A stretch of DNA of 30,125 nt from Gemmatimonadota bacterium (lineage in GTDB: Bacteria; Gemmatimonadota; Gemmatimonadetes; Longimicrobiales; RSA9): contig JBBDRO010000065.1 in assembly GCA_040905425.1 (NCBI GenBank), positions 1-30,125 of the forward strand, read 5' to 3'. The translations under genes were made by a program, and so were the position numbers. How positions within the stretch are numbered: the first letter of the stretch is position 1; every line of letters begins with the position of its first letter. Under the pieces are notes generated by a model. That model was not told the DNA's origin and searched no databases. It saw nothing but the letters and a program-made list of their open reading frames with translations. Positions 16,431-25,711 of this stretch are shown here, piece after piece.

Positions 16431-16586
16431 CACGGGGTCGGCGGCCGCGGTTGCGGGATTCGTGGGGATTATTGCGATCAGACCCGCACGCGCGAAATCG
16501 GCGGCGGCGCGTGCGGCTTTAGTGGCGATTATTGCTACTAGATCTCCAACCGCCTGGGACGGACGCGCCGCGTGCGGGTTTGGTGG
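16431..16586. repeat. composite palindromic element, copy C
   Basis: GGGGTCGGCGGCCGCGGTTGCGGGATTCGTGGGGATTATTGCGATCAGACCCGCACGCGCGAAA is nearly identical to copy B; cores at 16465 and 16525. Confidence 0.85.
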
Positions 16587-16597
16587 GCCGCATCCGT

Positions 16598-16690
16598 CCA
16601 TCGGCCGGGCGGATCGGTCCACCGGCGGGGCGCATCGGCCCACCGGCCGGCGGATCGGCCCACCGGCGGGCGCATCGGTCCACCGGGCGC
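16598..16690. repeat. degenerate 20-21 bp tandem repeat (about 4 units)
   Basis: CCACCGGC(C/G)GG(G)CG(C/G)ATCGG(C/T) repeated downstream of the ppc stop. Confidence 0.7.
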
Positions 16691-16719
16691 CGCAACCGTT
16701 TACCGGCCGGGCGCCTCGG

Positions 16720-19557
16720 TCACCCCGTGCTCTGCATGGCCGCCGCGATGCCGTTGATGCTCAGAAACAGCAGCTCGCGGAGCGCTTCGCGTTCGGCTTC
16801 CTCCTCGGCGGCGCCGTAGCGCTCCAGCAGCTCGAGCTGCAGCAGGTTCAGCACGTCCGTGTAGGGGTTGCGGAGCGCGATGGATTTCTGGATGACGGGG
16901 CTGCCTTCGAGCAGCTCGCGCTGGCCGGTGATGCGGAGGATGGCCTCGCGGGCGGCGGTGAAGTCGGCCTGGATGCCGGCGAAGATGCCGCGGCCTCCGG
17001 GTCCGGCCGCGCCGCCCGCCGCTTGCGCGCCGCCCGCAGCTTGCGCGCCGCCCGCCGCCTCCGCCCGCGCGGCATACCGCTCCGCGATCTCCAGGCGCGC
17101 GCGCGCCATCTCGCGCTGGGCGTTGTCCACTACCGCCCGGAAGAAGGGCCAGTCGCGGTAGAGGTCGGCGGCCAGCGGGCCGTCTTCCTCGAGCGCCTCG
17201 GCCAGGCCGGCGCCCACGCCGTACCAGCCGGGCACGATGGCGCGGATCTGCGTCCAGGAGAAGACCCAGGGGATGGCGCGCAGGCCCTCGAAGTCCACTT
17301 CCGCGGCGGCTTTACGGGATACGGGGCGCGAGGCTATGGGCAGTCGGCTGATCTGCTCGATGGGCGTGGCGGCCACGAACCAGTCCCAGAAATCCGCACG
17401 CTCGATGAGGGCGCGGTACGCGCCCATGGAGGTGGCAGCGGCGCGGTCCATGAGGCGGGCGGCGGGCGCGGCTGCGGGGACGTCGCTTACATGAGTTGTG
17501 ACGCTGGAGAGGAGCACGGCGCTCACCAGTTGCTCGGCGTGGCGGTGCGCGATGCCGGGCAGGGCGTAGCGGAAGCTGATGACCTCCCCCTGCTCGGTCA
17601 GGCGGATGCGACCGTTGTGCGCGGCGGCGGGCATGGCGGCAATGGCCTGGTTGGCGCGGCCGCCGCCCCGGCCCACGGTGCCGCCGCGGCCGTGGAAGAG
17701 GCGGAAGTCCACGCTGTGCTCGCGGCACACGGCGCCGAGGCTGGCCTGCGCCTGGTGGAGCGCCCAGTTGGCCATCCAGTAGCCGCCGTCCTTGTTGCTG
17801 TCCGAGTAGCCGAGCATGATCTCCTGGAAGTTGCCGCGCGCCTCCAGGTGCTGGGCGTAGAGCGGGTCGGCGAAGAGCGTGGCCATCTGCGCGGCGGCGC
17901 CCTCCAGGTCAGCCACGGTCTCGAAGAGCGGCACGAAGTTCAGGGCGCTCTCCACGCGGCCACCGCGCATACGCCAGAGGCCGGCTTCGCGGGCCAGGAG
18001 CATGGGTTCGAGGAGGTCGCTCACGGTGTGGGTCATGCTGACGATGTAGGCGCCCACGCTGTCCGGCTCGGCGGCGGCCATGTCGGCGATCACGGCAAAG
18101 GTGTCGAGGGCGTCGCGGGCGGCCTCGGGCGGCGCGGTGTCCTCGCCGAGCAGGAGGTCGGGCCGCTCCAGCTCGGCGCGCAGCAGGTCCACGCGCGCGC
18201 CCTCGTCCAGGGCGGTGTAGTCCTCCGTGCGGCCGGCGGCGGCGAGCAGCGCGGCCACCGCTTCCTCGTGGACGTCGCTGTGCTGGCGGACGTCCAGGGC
18301 GGCCAGGTGCAGACCGAAGGTGCGCACCAGCACCCGCGCGCGCTGCAGCCGGCCGTGGCGGGCCACGGACTCGAAGCCGCTCTCGGTGAGGGAGCGGGCC
18401 ATGAGATCCAGGTCGGCCAGGAGATCGGCGGCGTTGTAGCTACCGGGCGCGTTGGCGGGTCCGGTGGGCGCAGCGGGTTCGGGGGGTGTTCCGTGGTTCG
18501 TGGGCGCCAGGGCGGCGAGCATGCGGGTCAGGAGGCGTCGATAGCTTTCACCCGCGAAGCGCTCCTCGTCGGGGGCTGCCGCGCCCTCGGCCAGGCGGCG
18601 CTCGAGGGCCTCGGGTGGCTGGGCCAGGCGGTCGGAGATGGCCAGTTCGTCGCGGAGCGCCTCCAGCTCGCGGCGGTGCAGCGCCACGGCGGCGGTGCGC
18701 TGGCGCTGGAAGGTCCAGCGGGTGACCTCGGGGGTGACGTTGGGGTTGCCGTCGCGGTCGCTGCCGATCCACGAGCGCCAGCGCAGGAAGACGGGCACCT
18801 CCACGCCCTCGGCCTCCTCGCCGTAAGCGGCCACCAGGGCGCGCTGCACGTCCCGATGGATGCGCGGCGCGGTGTCCCGGATGGTGGACTCCAGGAAGTA
18901 GAGGCCGTGCTCCACCTCATCGCGCACGCTGGGGCGCTCGCCGCGCACCTCGGCGGTGGCCAGCAGGAGGGCCACCTGGTCGTGCAGGGCGTCGGCGGCG
19001 TCGGCGGCCTCGGCGGGGATGGCATCCGCGCTGCGTAGCTCGGCCAGCAGTTCGGCGATGCGGCGCTGCTCCTCCAGCAGCGTGCGGCGGCGCGCCTCGG
19101 TGGGGTGCGCCGTGAGGGTGGGCTGGATGTCCAGGCGCTCGAGGGCGGCCAGCACCTGGGGCAGCGAGTGGCCGGCCGCCTTCAGCTGCGCCACCGCCTC
19201 CGCGATCGACTCGGGGCGGGGCGGGCCGCCCGCCGCCGCGGCCCGCGAGCGCTCCCGGTTCACACGCAGGATTTCGCGTTTTTCGGCCTGGTTGACCAGG
19301 TGGAAGAAGGCGCTGTAGGCGCGCAGCAGCCACGCCAGTTCGCCACGGTCCATGCCGCGGATGCGCCGGGCGGCCTCCTGGCGCAGCTCCGGCCGGCCGT
19401 CGGCGGCCTCCTTGCAGAGCAGCCGGAGTTCCTCCACCTGCGCGAAGACGGCGCCGCCGGCGCGGCGGCGGACCGCGTCGCCGAGCAGCGTGCCGAGCAG
19501 GTTCACGTCCTCGGAGAGGGGTAGCGAGATGCCGGTGGTGGTGTCGTTTTGGGTCAT
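16720..19557 (-). CDS. ppc: phosphoenolpyruvate carboxylase
   Basis: LTAHPTE, SWIGSDRDGNP, VPLFET, QEIMLGYSDSNKDGG, FHGRGGTVGRGGG, TEQGE, LRAIPWVFSWTQ, GIAAAMQSTG. Confidence 0.97.
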   Translation of the reverse strand: MTQNDTTTGISLPLSEDVNLLGTLLGDAVRRRAGGAVFAQVEELRLLCKEAADGRPELRQEAARRIRGMDRGELAWLLRAYSAFFHLVNQAEKREILRVNRERSRAAAAGGPPRPESIAEAVAQLKAAGHSLPQVLAALERLDIQPTLTAHPTEARRRTLLEEQRRIAELLAELRSADAIPAEAADAADALHDQVALLLATAEVRGERPSVRDEVEHGLYFLESTIRDTAPRIHRDVQRALVAAYGEEAEGVEVPVFLRWRSWIGSDRDGNPNVTPEVTRWTFQRQRTAAVALHRRELEALRDELAISDRLAQPPEALERRLAEGAAAPDEERFAGESYRRLLTRMLAALAPTNHGTPPEPAAPTGPANAPGSYNAADLLADLDLMARSLTESGFESVARHGRLQRARVLVRTFGLHLAALDVRQHSDVHEEAVAALLAAAGRTEDYTALDEGARVDLLRAELERPDLLLGEDTAPPEAARDALDTFAVIADMAAAEPDSVGAYIVSMTHTVSDLLEPMLLAREAGLWRMRGGRVESALNFVPLFETVADLEGAAAQMATLFADPLYAQHLEARGNFQEIMLGYSDSNKDGGYWMANWALHQAQASLGAVCREHSVDFRLFHGRGGTVGRGGGRANQAIAAMPAAAHNGRIRLTEQGEVISFRYALPGIAHRHAEQLVSAVLLSSVTTHVSDVPAAAPAARLMDRAAATSMGAYRALIERADFWDWFVAATPIEQISRLPIASRPVSRKAAAEVDFEGLRAIPWVFSWTQIRAIVPGWYGVGAGLAEALEEDGPLAADLYRDWPFFRAVVDNAQREMARARLEIAERYAARAEAAGGAQAAGGAQAAGGAAGPGGRGIFAGIQADFTAAREAILRITGQRELLEGSPVIQKSIALRNPYTDVLNLLQLELLERYGAAEEEAEREALRELLFLSINGIAAAMQSTG

Positions 19558-19639
19558 GCGCGGGGCGGGGCGCAGGTATCGGGCCGGGGGGTGGGGGAGG
19601 GGGCGGTGGCGGCGGGCTTATGCGGCGTGCGGGCGGTGC

Positions 19640-19770
19640 GGTGTTGTCAAACCCGCACGCGGGGCATCGTGGGCGGACGCTTGCGGGTCTGGTCGGAATA
19701 ATCGTGGCTAATCGTGCAACCGCGGCGGCCTTATGCAGCGCGGGCGCCGCGAGTGGTGGCCTTATGCAGC
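19640..19770. repeat. composite palindromic element, copy D (partial)
   Basis: GGTGTTGTCAAACCCGCACGC...GCTTGCGGGTCTGGTCGGAATAATCGTGGCTAATCGTGCAACCGCGG followed by two CTTATGCAG motifs. Confidence 0.75.
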
Positions 19771-19928
19771 CAGGGCACGCCTCAGGGCGCAGCGCTGCCG
19801 CCAACCGCTCGAATTTGAGAAGGATCGCGCGCGCGATTGCACGCGCGCGTGTCCATTTGTCCAACGTCGGAGGACCGGGCGGGCAGCCCCCGCGCCGCGG
19901 TTAGGCAGCCTGCCCGCCCGCGCGCCGT

Positions 19929-20136
19929 GCAACCAAACCCGCACGCGCACCACCCCGCCCGGACGCTTCCAGCTCTGGTGGCAATTATCGCCACTAGCGC
20001 CGCACGCGCGTCCGGCGAATTCGCGCGTGCGGGTCTGGTCGTGATATTTGCGACTAATCGTGCAACCGCGGTGGCTGCACCTCGCGCGTGCGCTTCCGAT
20101 AGCACCCCACCCCGCGACCTCCGCGGACTTATGCAG
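19929..20136. repeat. composite palindromic element, copy E (inverted relative to B and C)
   Basis: Cores GCAATTATCGCC (19981) and GTGATATTTGCG (20041); reverse complement is collinear with copies B and C, including the terminal CTGCATAAGT. Confidence 0.85.
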
Positions 20137-20183
20137 CGCGCCCCGGACTTATGCAGCGCGCCCCGGACTTATGCAGCGCGCCC
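20124..20183. repeat. 20-bp tandem repeat, 3 copies
   Basis: CGGACTTATGCAGCGCGCCC repeated three times exactly. Confidence 0.9.
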
Positions 20184-20272
20184 CACCCGGCGCGGCCGCC
20201 CACACCCCCCCTACGCGAACGGTTCAGCCACCCCGGTGTACCTACACCCGAAAAGATGCAGCAACGCGCGGC

Positions 20273-20302
20273 TTGCCAATGCCGGAACGCCGCGCCTATG
20301 TT
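20273..20302 (+). promoter_or_regulatory. putative sigma70 promoter of the ybaB operon
   Basis: TTGCCA, 18-nt spacer, TATGTT, 40 nt before ATG 20343. Confidence 0.45.
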
Positions 20303-20342
20303 CACCCCGATTCGACCACGGATGGATGGCCCCCGGTAAAAC

Positions 20343-20669
20343 ATGACGAACATACAGCAGTTGATGCAGCTCGGGCAGCAGATGCAGGCCCGGCTCACGG
20401 AGATCCAGAGTGAGCTGGACGCCAAGACCGTGACCTCGTCGAGCGGGGGCGGCATGGTGACCGTCACGGCCGACGGGAAGGGGAAGGTGCGGTCCATCAA
20501 GATCGACCCCACCGTGGTGGACCCGGGTGACGTGGAGATGCTCGAGGACCTGGTGCAGGCCGCCGTGGCGGAGGCGCAGGCGCGCGCCGAGAAGATCTAT
20601 GAGGAGGAGATGAAGAAGGTGGCCGGAGGCATGCCGCCCCCCTTCAACCTGCCCGGCTTCGGCCCTTGA
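20343..20669 (+). CDS. ybaB: YbaB/EbfC nucleoid-associated protein
   Basis: SSGGGMVTVTADGKGKVRSIKIDP...DVEMLEDLVQAA; directly upstream of recR. Confidence 0.93.
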   Translation: MTNIQQLMQLGQQMQARLTEIQSELDAKTVTSSSGGGMVTVTADGKGKVRSIKIDPTVVDPGDVEMLEDLVQAAVAEAQARAEKIYEEEMKKVAGGMPPPFNLPGFGP

Positions 20670-21256
20670 ACGCCATCGATGATCTGGTGGGCCAGTTCTC
20701 TCGCCTGCCGGGCATCGGTAAGAAGACGGCGCTCCGCCTCACGTACTGGTTGCTGAAGCGCTCGCCGGAGGATGTCCGGCGGCTGGCCCGCGCTCTGGAG
20801 ACCGTGGCCGAGCGGGTGCATCCGTGTGCCGTGTGCGGCAACCTGACGGAGGAGGATCCGTGTGCGCTGTGCGCCAGTCCGCGCCGGGACCGCACGGCCA
20901 TCTGTGTGGTGGAGGACGCCTCGGACGTGGGCGCTATCGAGCGCACGGGTGAATTCCAGGGGCTCTACCACGTGCTGGGCGGCCGCCTTTCCCCGCTGGA
21001 GGGGATCGGGCCCGATGAATTGAACATCGCGGCCCTGCTCGCGCGCCTGGGCAACGGCGCGGACGTGCGGGAGATCATCGTGGCCACCAACGCCAGCGTG
21101 GAGGGAGAGGCCACGGCGCTCTACCTGCAGAAGGTGGTGCAGCCGCTGGGCCTCCGGGTGACGCGCCTGGCGCGCGGGCTGCCCATGGGTGGCGACCTGG
21201 AATACGCCGACGGGGTGACCATTGCCCAGGCCCTCTCGGGCCGCAGGGAGCTGTAG
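20666..21256 (+). CDS. recR: recombination mediator RecR
   Basis: LPGIGKKTALRL HhH, CAVCGN...CALC zinc finger, YHVLGGRLSPLEGIGP, VEGEATA, RLARGLPMGGDLEYAD; TTG start. Confidence 0.97.
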   Translation: MNAIDDLVGQFSRLPGIGKKTALRLTYWLLKRSPEDVRRLARALETVAERVHPCAVCGNLTEEDPCALCASPRRDRTAICVVEDASDVGAIERTGEFQGLYHVLGGRLSPLEGIGPDELNIAALLARLGNGADVREIIVATNASVEGEATALYLQKVVQPLGLRVTRLARGLPMGGDLEYADGVTIAQALSGRREL

Positions 21257-21263
21257 AGGAGAG

Positions 21264-21581
21264 ATGAGCACCAGGATCTTCAGGACCGCGGGACTCGTCG
21301 TACTCACGCTCGGCGCCGCCACGGCCATCGGCGCGCTGATCGTGCGTGACCAGGTGGTGCGCCACCGGCGTGACCTCTTCAGCCGCCGCCGGCTGCAGCG
21401 CTTTGCCGCCCTGGGCTACATTGCCGGTCTGGGTGCGAGCGTGGAATCCGTGCATCTGCTGCGTGACTTCGTGGCCTGGGAGCCCACCACGCTGCTGCGC
21501 CGCAAGGCGGAGCAGATCCTGGGTCGCATGGAGCATCAACTCGAGGGACCGCGCGCCATGCGGAGCGAGCTGGCTGGATGA
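21264..21581 (+). CDS. small membrane-anchored hypothetical protein
   Basis: GAGGAG RBS, ATG 21264; N-terminal hydrophobic helix; fills the recR-mglB gap with an ATGA overlap. Confidence 0.8.
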   Translation: MSTRIFRTAGLVVLTLGAATAIGALIVRDQVVRHRRDLFSRRRLQRFAALGYIAGLGASVESVHLLRDFVAWEPTTLLRRKAEQILGRMEHQLEGPRAMRSELAG

Positions 21582-22081
21582 GCCACGCGGACGCCATCGG
21601 GAGCATTGGTGCTCGCGATCTGGAGCCGTTCGCGCCGCTGCTCGAGCGCTACGTCCAGGAGTCGGGCGCGCTGTGCGTGCTGATCGTGGACCGCACGGGC
21701 CGGCTGCTCACCCTGGCGGGTGATCCCATGGGCATGGACGAGACGTCCTTTGCCTCCCTGGCCGCCGCGGACTTCGCGGCCAGCGACCAGCTGGCCCAGC
21801 TCGTGGGTGAGAAGGAGTTTACGGCGCTCTACCACAACGGGCTGCATCGCTCCATGTACCTGGCCGACCTGGCCGGCTGGGCCGTCCTGGCCGCCCTCTT
21901 CGATTCCCGGACCACGCTCGGCATGGTGCGCATCCGGACGCGGTCCGTGGTGCCGCGCCTGACCGACCTGCTCACCGCGCTGGCCAACCGGACCGAGGGT
22001 CCGGAGGAGGAGCGGGAGGGCATGCAGGCCGACTGGATGAGCGAGGCCGAGGATTCCATCGACCGTCTCTTCGCGGAGTAG
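21578..22081 (+). CDS. mglB: Roadblock/LC7 protein, MglB-like GTPase regulator
   Basis: LIVDRTGRLL, FASLAAADFAASDQLAQLVGEKEF, LFDSRTTLGMVR; adjacent to mglA. Confidence 0.88.
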   Translation: MSHADAIGSIGARDLEPFAPLLERYVQESGALCVLIVDRTGRLLTLAGDPMGMDETSFASLAAADFAASDQLAQLVGEKEFTALYHNGLHRSMYLADLAGWAVLAALFDSRTTLGMVRIRTRSVVPRLTDLLTALANRTEGPEEEREGMQADWMSEAEDSIDRLFAE

Positions 22082-22090
22082 GACGCACCC

Positions 22091-22669
<579 letters not shown>

Positions 22670-22671
22670 GC

Positions 22672-23322
22672 ATGGCGCTCTTCGAGCGGCGGGCCCTCCC
22701 CAACATCATCACCGTGGCCCGCATCCTGGCGGCGCCCGGCGTCTTCTTCCTCATCTTCATCCCCACCTTCACCGCGCGTATGCTGGCCTTCCTGCTCTTC
22801 GTGGTGGCCGCCGTGAGCGACCTCTGGGACGGCTACCTGGCGCGCAAACACGGCTGGATCAGTGACTTCGGCAAGCTCTGGGACCCCATTGCCGACAAGC
22901 TCCTCATGGTGGCCGTCTTCGTGCCCCTCTACATGGTCTCCCGGACGGGGGAGCCGAGCGGGCAGCTGGTGGCCATCGGCTCCTTCCCGGCGTGGATCCT
23001 GATCGTGGTCTTCGGCCGCGAGGTGGCCGTCACCGTGATCCGCTTCTTTGCCGTGGGCCGCGGCCTGGTCATTGCCGCCGGCCAGACGGGCAAGTACAAG
23101 GCGGTCTTCCAGAACATCTTCAGTGGCACGGCCATCTTCTGGCTGGCGCTGCAGGCCGTGGCCGTGCGCCGCGGCTGGGAGGGCCTGGAGGCCTGGACCC
23201 GGTGGAGCGCCTTCCACGGCTTCGTCTTCCTCACCACCCTCGCCGTGGCCGTAGTGCTCACCGTCTTCTCCTTTGCCGTCTATCTCCTGGAGTGGAGGCG
23301 GCAGCTCCGCGAGCTGGTGTAG
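22672..23322 (+). CDS. pgsA: CDP-diacylglycerol--glycerol-3-phosphate 3-phosphatidyltransferase
   Basis: LPNIITVAR; CDP-alcohol phosphotransferase motif DLWDGYLAR...FGKLWDPIADK. Confidence 0.88.
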   Translation: MALFERRALPNIITVARILAAPGVFFLIFIPTFTARMLAFLLFVVAAVSDLWDGYLARKHGWISDFGKLWDPIADKLLMVAVFVPLYMVSRTGEPSGQLVAIGSFPAWILIVVFGREVAVTVIRFFAVGRGLVIAAGQTGKYKAVFQNIFSGTAIFWLALQAVAVRRGWEGLEAWTRWSAFHGFVFLTTLAVAVVLTVFSFAVYLLEWRRQLRELV

Positions 23323-23330
23323 GCCGGCCG

Positions 23331-24593
23331 GTGCAGCTCGAGCTCATCACCATCGGCACCGAGCTCCTGCTCGGCCACGTGCTGGACGGCAACAGCGCGT
23401 GGCTGGGCCGCCGGCTGGCGGAGCGGGGCCTGCGGGTGACGCGTCGCGTCACGGTAAGCGACGATCACGCCGCCATCCGACACGCGCTCGAAGAGGCGCT
23501 CGAGCGCGCCGGCACCGTGCTCTGCACGGGCGGCCTCGGCCCCACGAGCGACGACATCACCCGGGAGGCCGCGGCCGCCGCCTTCGGCCTGCCGCTCGAG
23601 GAGAACGCCGCGGCGCTGGCCTCGGTGGAGGCGCGCTTCGCGGCCCTGGGCCGCGTCATGAATCCCACGAACCGCATCCAGGCGCTGGCGCCCCCCGGCG
23701 CGCGCGTGCTGGCCAACCCGCGCGGCACGGCGCCCGGCCTGGTGCTGGAGGACCGCGCGGGCCGCATGGCCGTCCTCCTGCCCGGCGTGCCGGAGGAGAT
23801 GCGCGGCCTCATGGAGGACCAGGTGATGGCGCTGCTGGAGGCGCGCGCGGGCGGCGCCCGGCCGCCCGTGCGCACGCGCACCGTGCGCACCACGGGCCTG
23901 GCGGAGAGTGAGGTGGGCCGGCGTGTGGACGAGGTGGCGGCGGAGCTGGCGCCGCTGGACGTCGCTTACCTCCCGCATGCGGAGGGGGTGGACGTGCGGC
24001 TGACGGAGTGGGGCACGCTTGCGGAGGCCGAGGCCCTGGCGGCGCTGGACACCGGCGAGGCGCGCGTGCGGGAGGTGCTCGGCGCGCGCGTCTACGGCAT
24101 CGACGAGGATGACCTGGCCGCGGTGATGGGCGGCGTGCTGGAGGCGCGCGGGCTCACGCTGGCCGTGGCCGAGAGCTGCACGGGCGGGCTGCTGGCCCAG
24201 CGGCTGACGGATCGGCCCGGCGCGTCGGCGTGGTTCCACGCCGGCTTCGTGACCTATGACAATCGCGCCAAGGAACAGCTCCTGGGCGTGGCGCACCGGC
24301 TGCTCGCCGAGCACGGCGCCGTGAGTGAGCCGGTGGCCGCCGCCATGGCGCTCGGTGCGGTGCTGCGCGCGCACACGGACGTGGGGCTCTCCATCACCGG
24401 CATTGCCGGGCCGGGCGGCGGCAGCGCGGAGAAACCCGTGGGCACCGTCTGGCTGGCGGCGGCGCTGGGCAGTACTGTGGAGACCCGCCTGGTCCGCCTC
24501 CCGGGGGAGCGGGCCGAGGTGCGCAGGCGCGCTGCTCAGGCGGCGCTGGATCTGCTGAGAGGCGTGCTCACGAAAACGACCGCAGGAGTCTGA
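23331..24593 (+). CDS. cinA: competence/damage-inducible protein A (MoCF domain plus PncC NMN deamidase)
   Basis: ELITIGTELLLG, TGGLGPTSDDIT, GTAPG, LPGVPEEM, AESCTGG, GAVSE, SITGIAGPGGG; GTG start at 23331. Confidence 0.93.
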   Translation: MQLELITIGTELLLGHVLDGNSAWLGRRLAERGLRVTRRVTVSDDHAAIRHALEEALERAGTVLCTGGLGPTSDDITREAAAAAFGLPLEENAAALASVEARFAALGRVMNPTNRIQALAPPGARVLANPRGTAPGLVLEDRAGRMAVLLPGVPEEMRGLMEDQVMALLEARAGGARPPVRTRTVRTTGLAESEVGRRVDEVAAELAPLDVAYLPHAEGVDVRLTEWGTLAEAEALAALDTGEARVREVLGARVYGIDEDDLAAVMGGVLEARGLTLAVAESCTGGLLAQRLTDRPGASAWFHAGFVTYDNRAKEQLLGVAHRLLAEHGAVSEPVAAAMALGAVLRAHTDVGLSITGIAGPGGGSAEKPVGTVWLAAALGSTVETRLVRLPGERAEVRRRAAQAALDLLRGVLTKTTAGV

Positions 24594-24598
24594 CGCAT

Positions 24599-25711
24599 AT
24601 GACGGTACCGCTGCTCGATCTGAAGGCCCAGTACATGCCCATCCGCGCGGAGGTGCGCGCCGCCGTGGACCGCGTCATGGACAGCCAGTACTTCATCCTG
24701 GGCCCCGAGGTGGGCGCGCTCGAGGAGGAGGTGGCCGCCTACGTGGGCGCCGCGCGCGGCATCGGCGTCTCCTCCGGGACGGACGCCCTCCTGGTAGCGC
24801 TGATGGCGCTGGACGTGGGCCCCGGCGATGAGGTCATCACCAGCACCTTCAGCTTCTTCGCCACCGCGGGTGTGATCGCGCGGCTCGGCGCCACGCCCGT
24901 CTTCGTGGACATCGACCCCGCCTCCTACAACCTCGACCCTGTGGAGGTGGGCGAGCGCGTCACGGAGCGCACGAAGGCCGTCATCCCCGTCCATCTGTAC
25001 GGTCGCATGGCCAACCTGGACGCGCTGGCCGTGGCGCTCGGCGAGCGGGACATCCCCGTCATCGAGGACGCCGCGCAGGCCATCGGCGCGCGCGACGAGC
25101 GGGATCGGGCAGCCGGATCCGTGGGCACCATGGGCTGCTTCTCCTTCTTCCCGAGCAAGAACCTGGGCGGCTTCGGGGACGGCGGCATGGTGGTTACCAG
25201 TGACGCCGAACTGGCGGACCGGGTGGCGCGCCTGCGCGTGCACGGCTCCGAGCCCAAATACTACCACGCCGAGGTGGGCGGCAACTTCCGCCTGGACGCC
25301 CTGCAGGCGGCCATCCTGCGCGTCAAGCTGCCGCACCTGGACGCCTGGACCGCCGGCCGGCGCGCCAACGCGGACCGCTACCGCGAACTCTTCGCCGAGA
25401 CGCGCCTGGCGGGCACGGTGATCGTGCCCGAGGACGTGCCCGGCCACATCTACAACCAGTTCGTGGTGCGCGTGCCGCGCCGGGACGTGCTGCGCGCCTT
25501 CCTGAAGGAGCGCGGCGTGGCCACGGAGATCTACTACCCGGTGCCGCTCCACCTGCAGGCGTGCTTCAAGGCGCTGGGCTACGTGCCCGGGGAGCTGCCG
25601 CACGCCGAAAAGGCCGCCCACGAGGTGCTGGCGCTGCCCATCTACCCCGAGCTCACGGACGCGCAGCTGCGCGCCGTGGTGGGCGGCATCGACGCCTTCT
25701 ACGCCGCGTGA
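24599..25711 (+). CDS. DegT/DnrJ/EryC1/StrS PLP-dependent aminotransferase
   Basis: VPLLDLKAQY, SSGTDAL, VHLYG, IEDAAQAIGA, SFFPSKNLGGFGDGG, NFRLDALQAA. Confidence 0.95.
   Translation: MTVPLLDLKAQYMPIRAEVRAAVDRVMDSQYFILGPEVGALEEEVAAYVGAARGIGVSSGTDALLVALMALDVGPGDEVITSTFSFFATAGVIARLGATPVFVDIDPASYNLDPVEVGERVTERTKAVIPVHLYGRMANLDALAVALGERDIPVIEDAAQAIGARDERDRAAGSVGTMGCFSFFPSKNLGGFGDGGMVVTSDAELADRVARLRVHGSEPKYYHAEVGGNFRLDALQAAILRVKLPHLDAWTAGRRANADRYRELFAETRLAGTVIVPEDVPGHIYNQFVVRVPRRDVLRAFLKERGVATEIYYPVPLHLQACFKALGYVPGELPHAEKAAHEVLALPIYPELTDAQLRAVVGGIDAFYAA

Noticed and set aside
14141..16586. CRISPR array interpretation of the 60-bp periodic repeats
   Set aside because: Only two cores per copy, the intervening segments are conserved hairpins rather than unique spacers, and there are no cas genes in the window.
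16303..19038. 911-aa plus-strand ORF and other long antisense ORFs (4279-5952, 6138-7856, 7853-9541, 11920-13749, 24536-25822)
   Set aside because: Shadow frames opposite well-supported genes, expected in very GC-rich DNA.
22992..23330. Extended N-terminus of CinA
   Set aside because: Overlaps pgsA; the CinA domain begins at GTG 23331.
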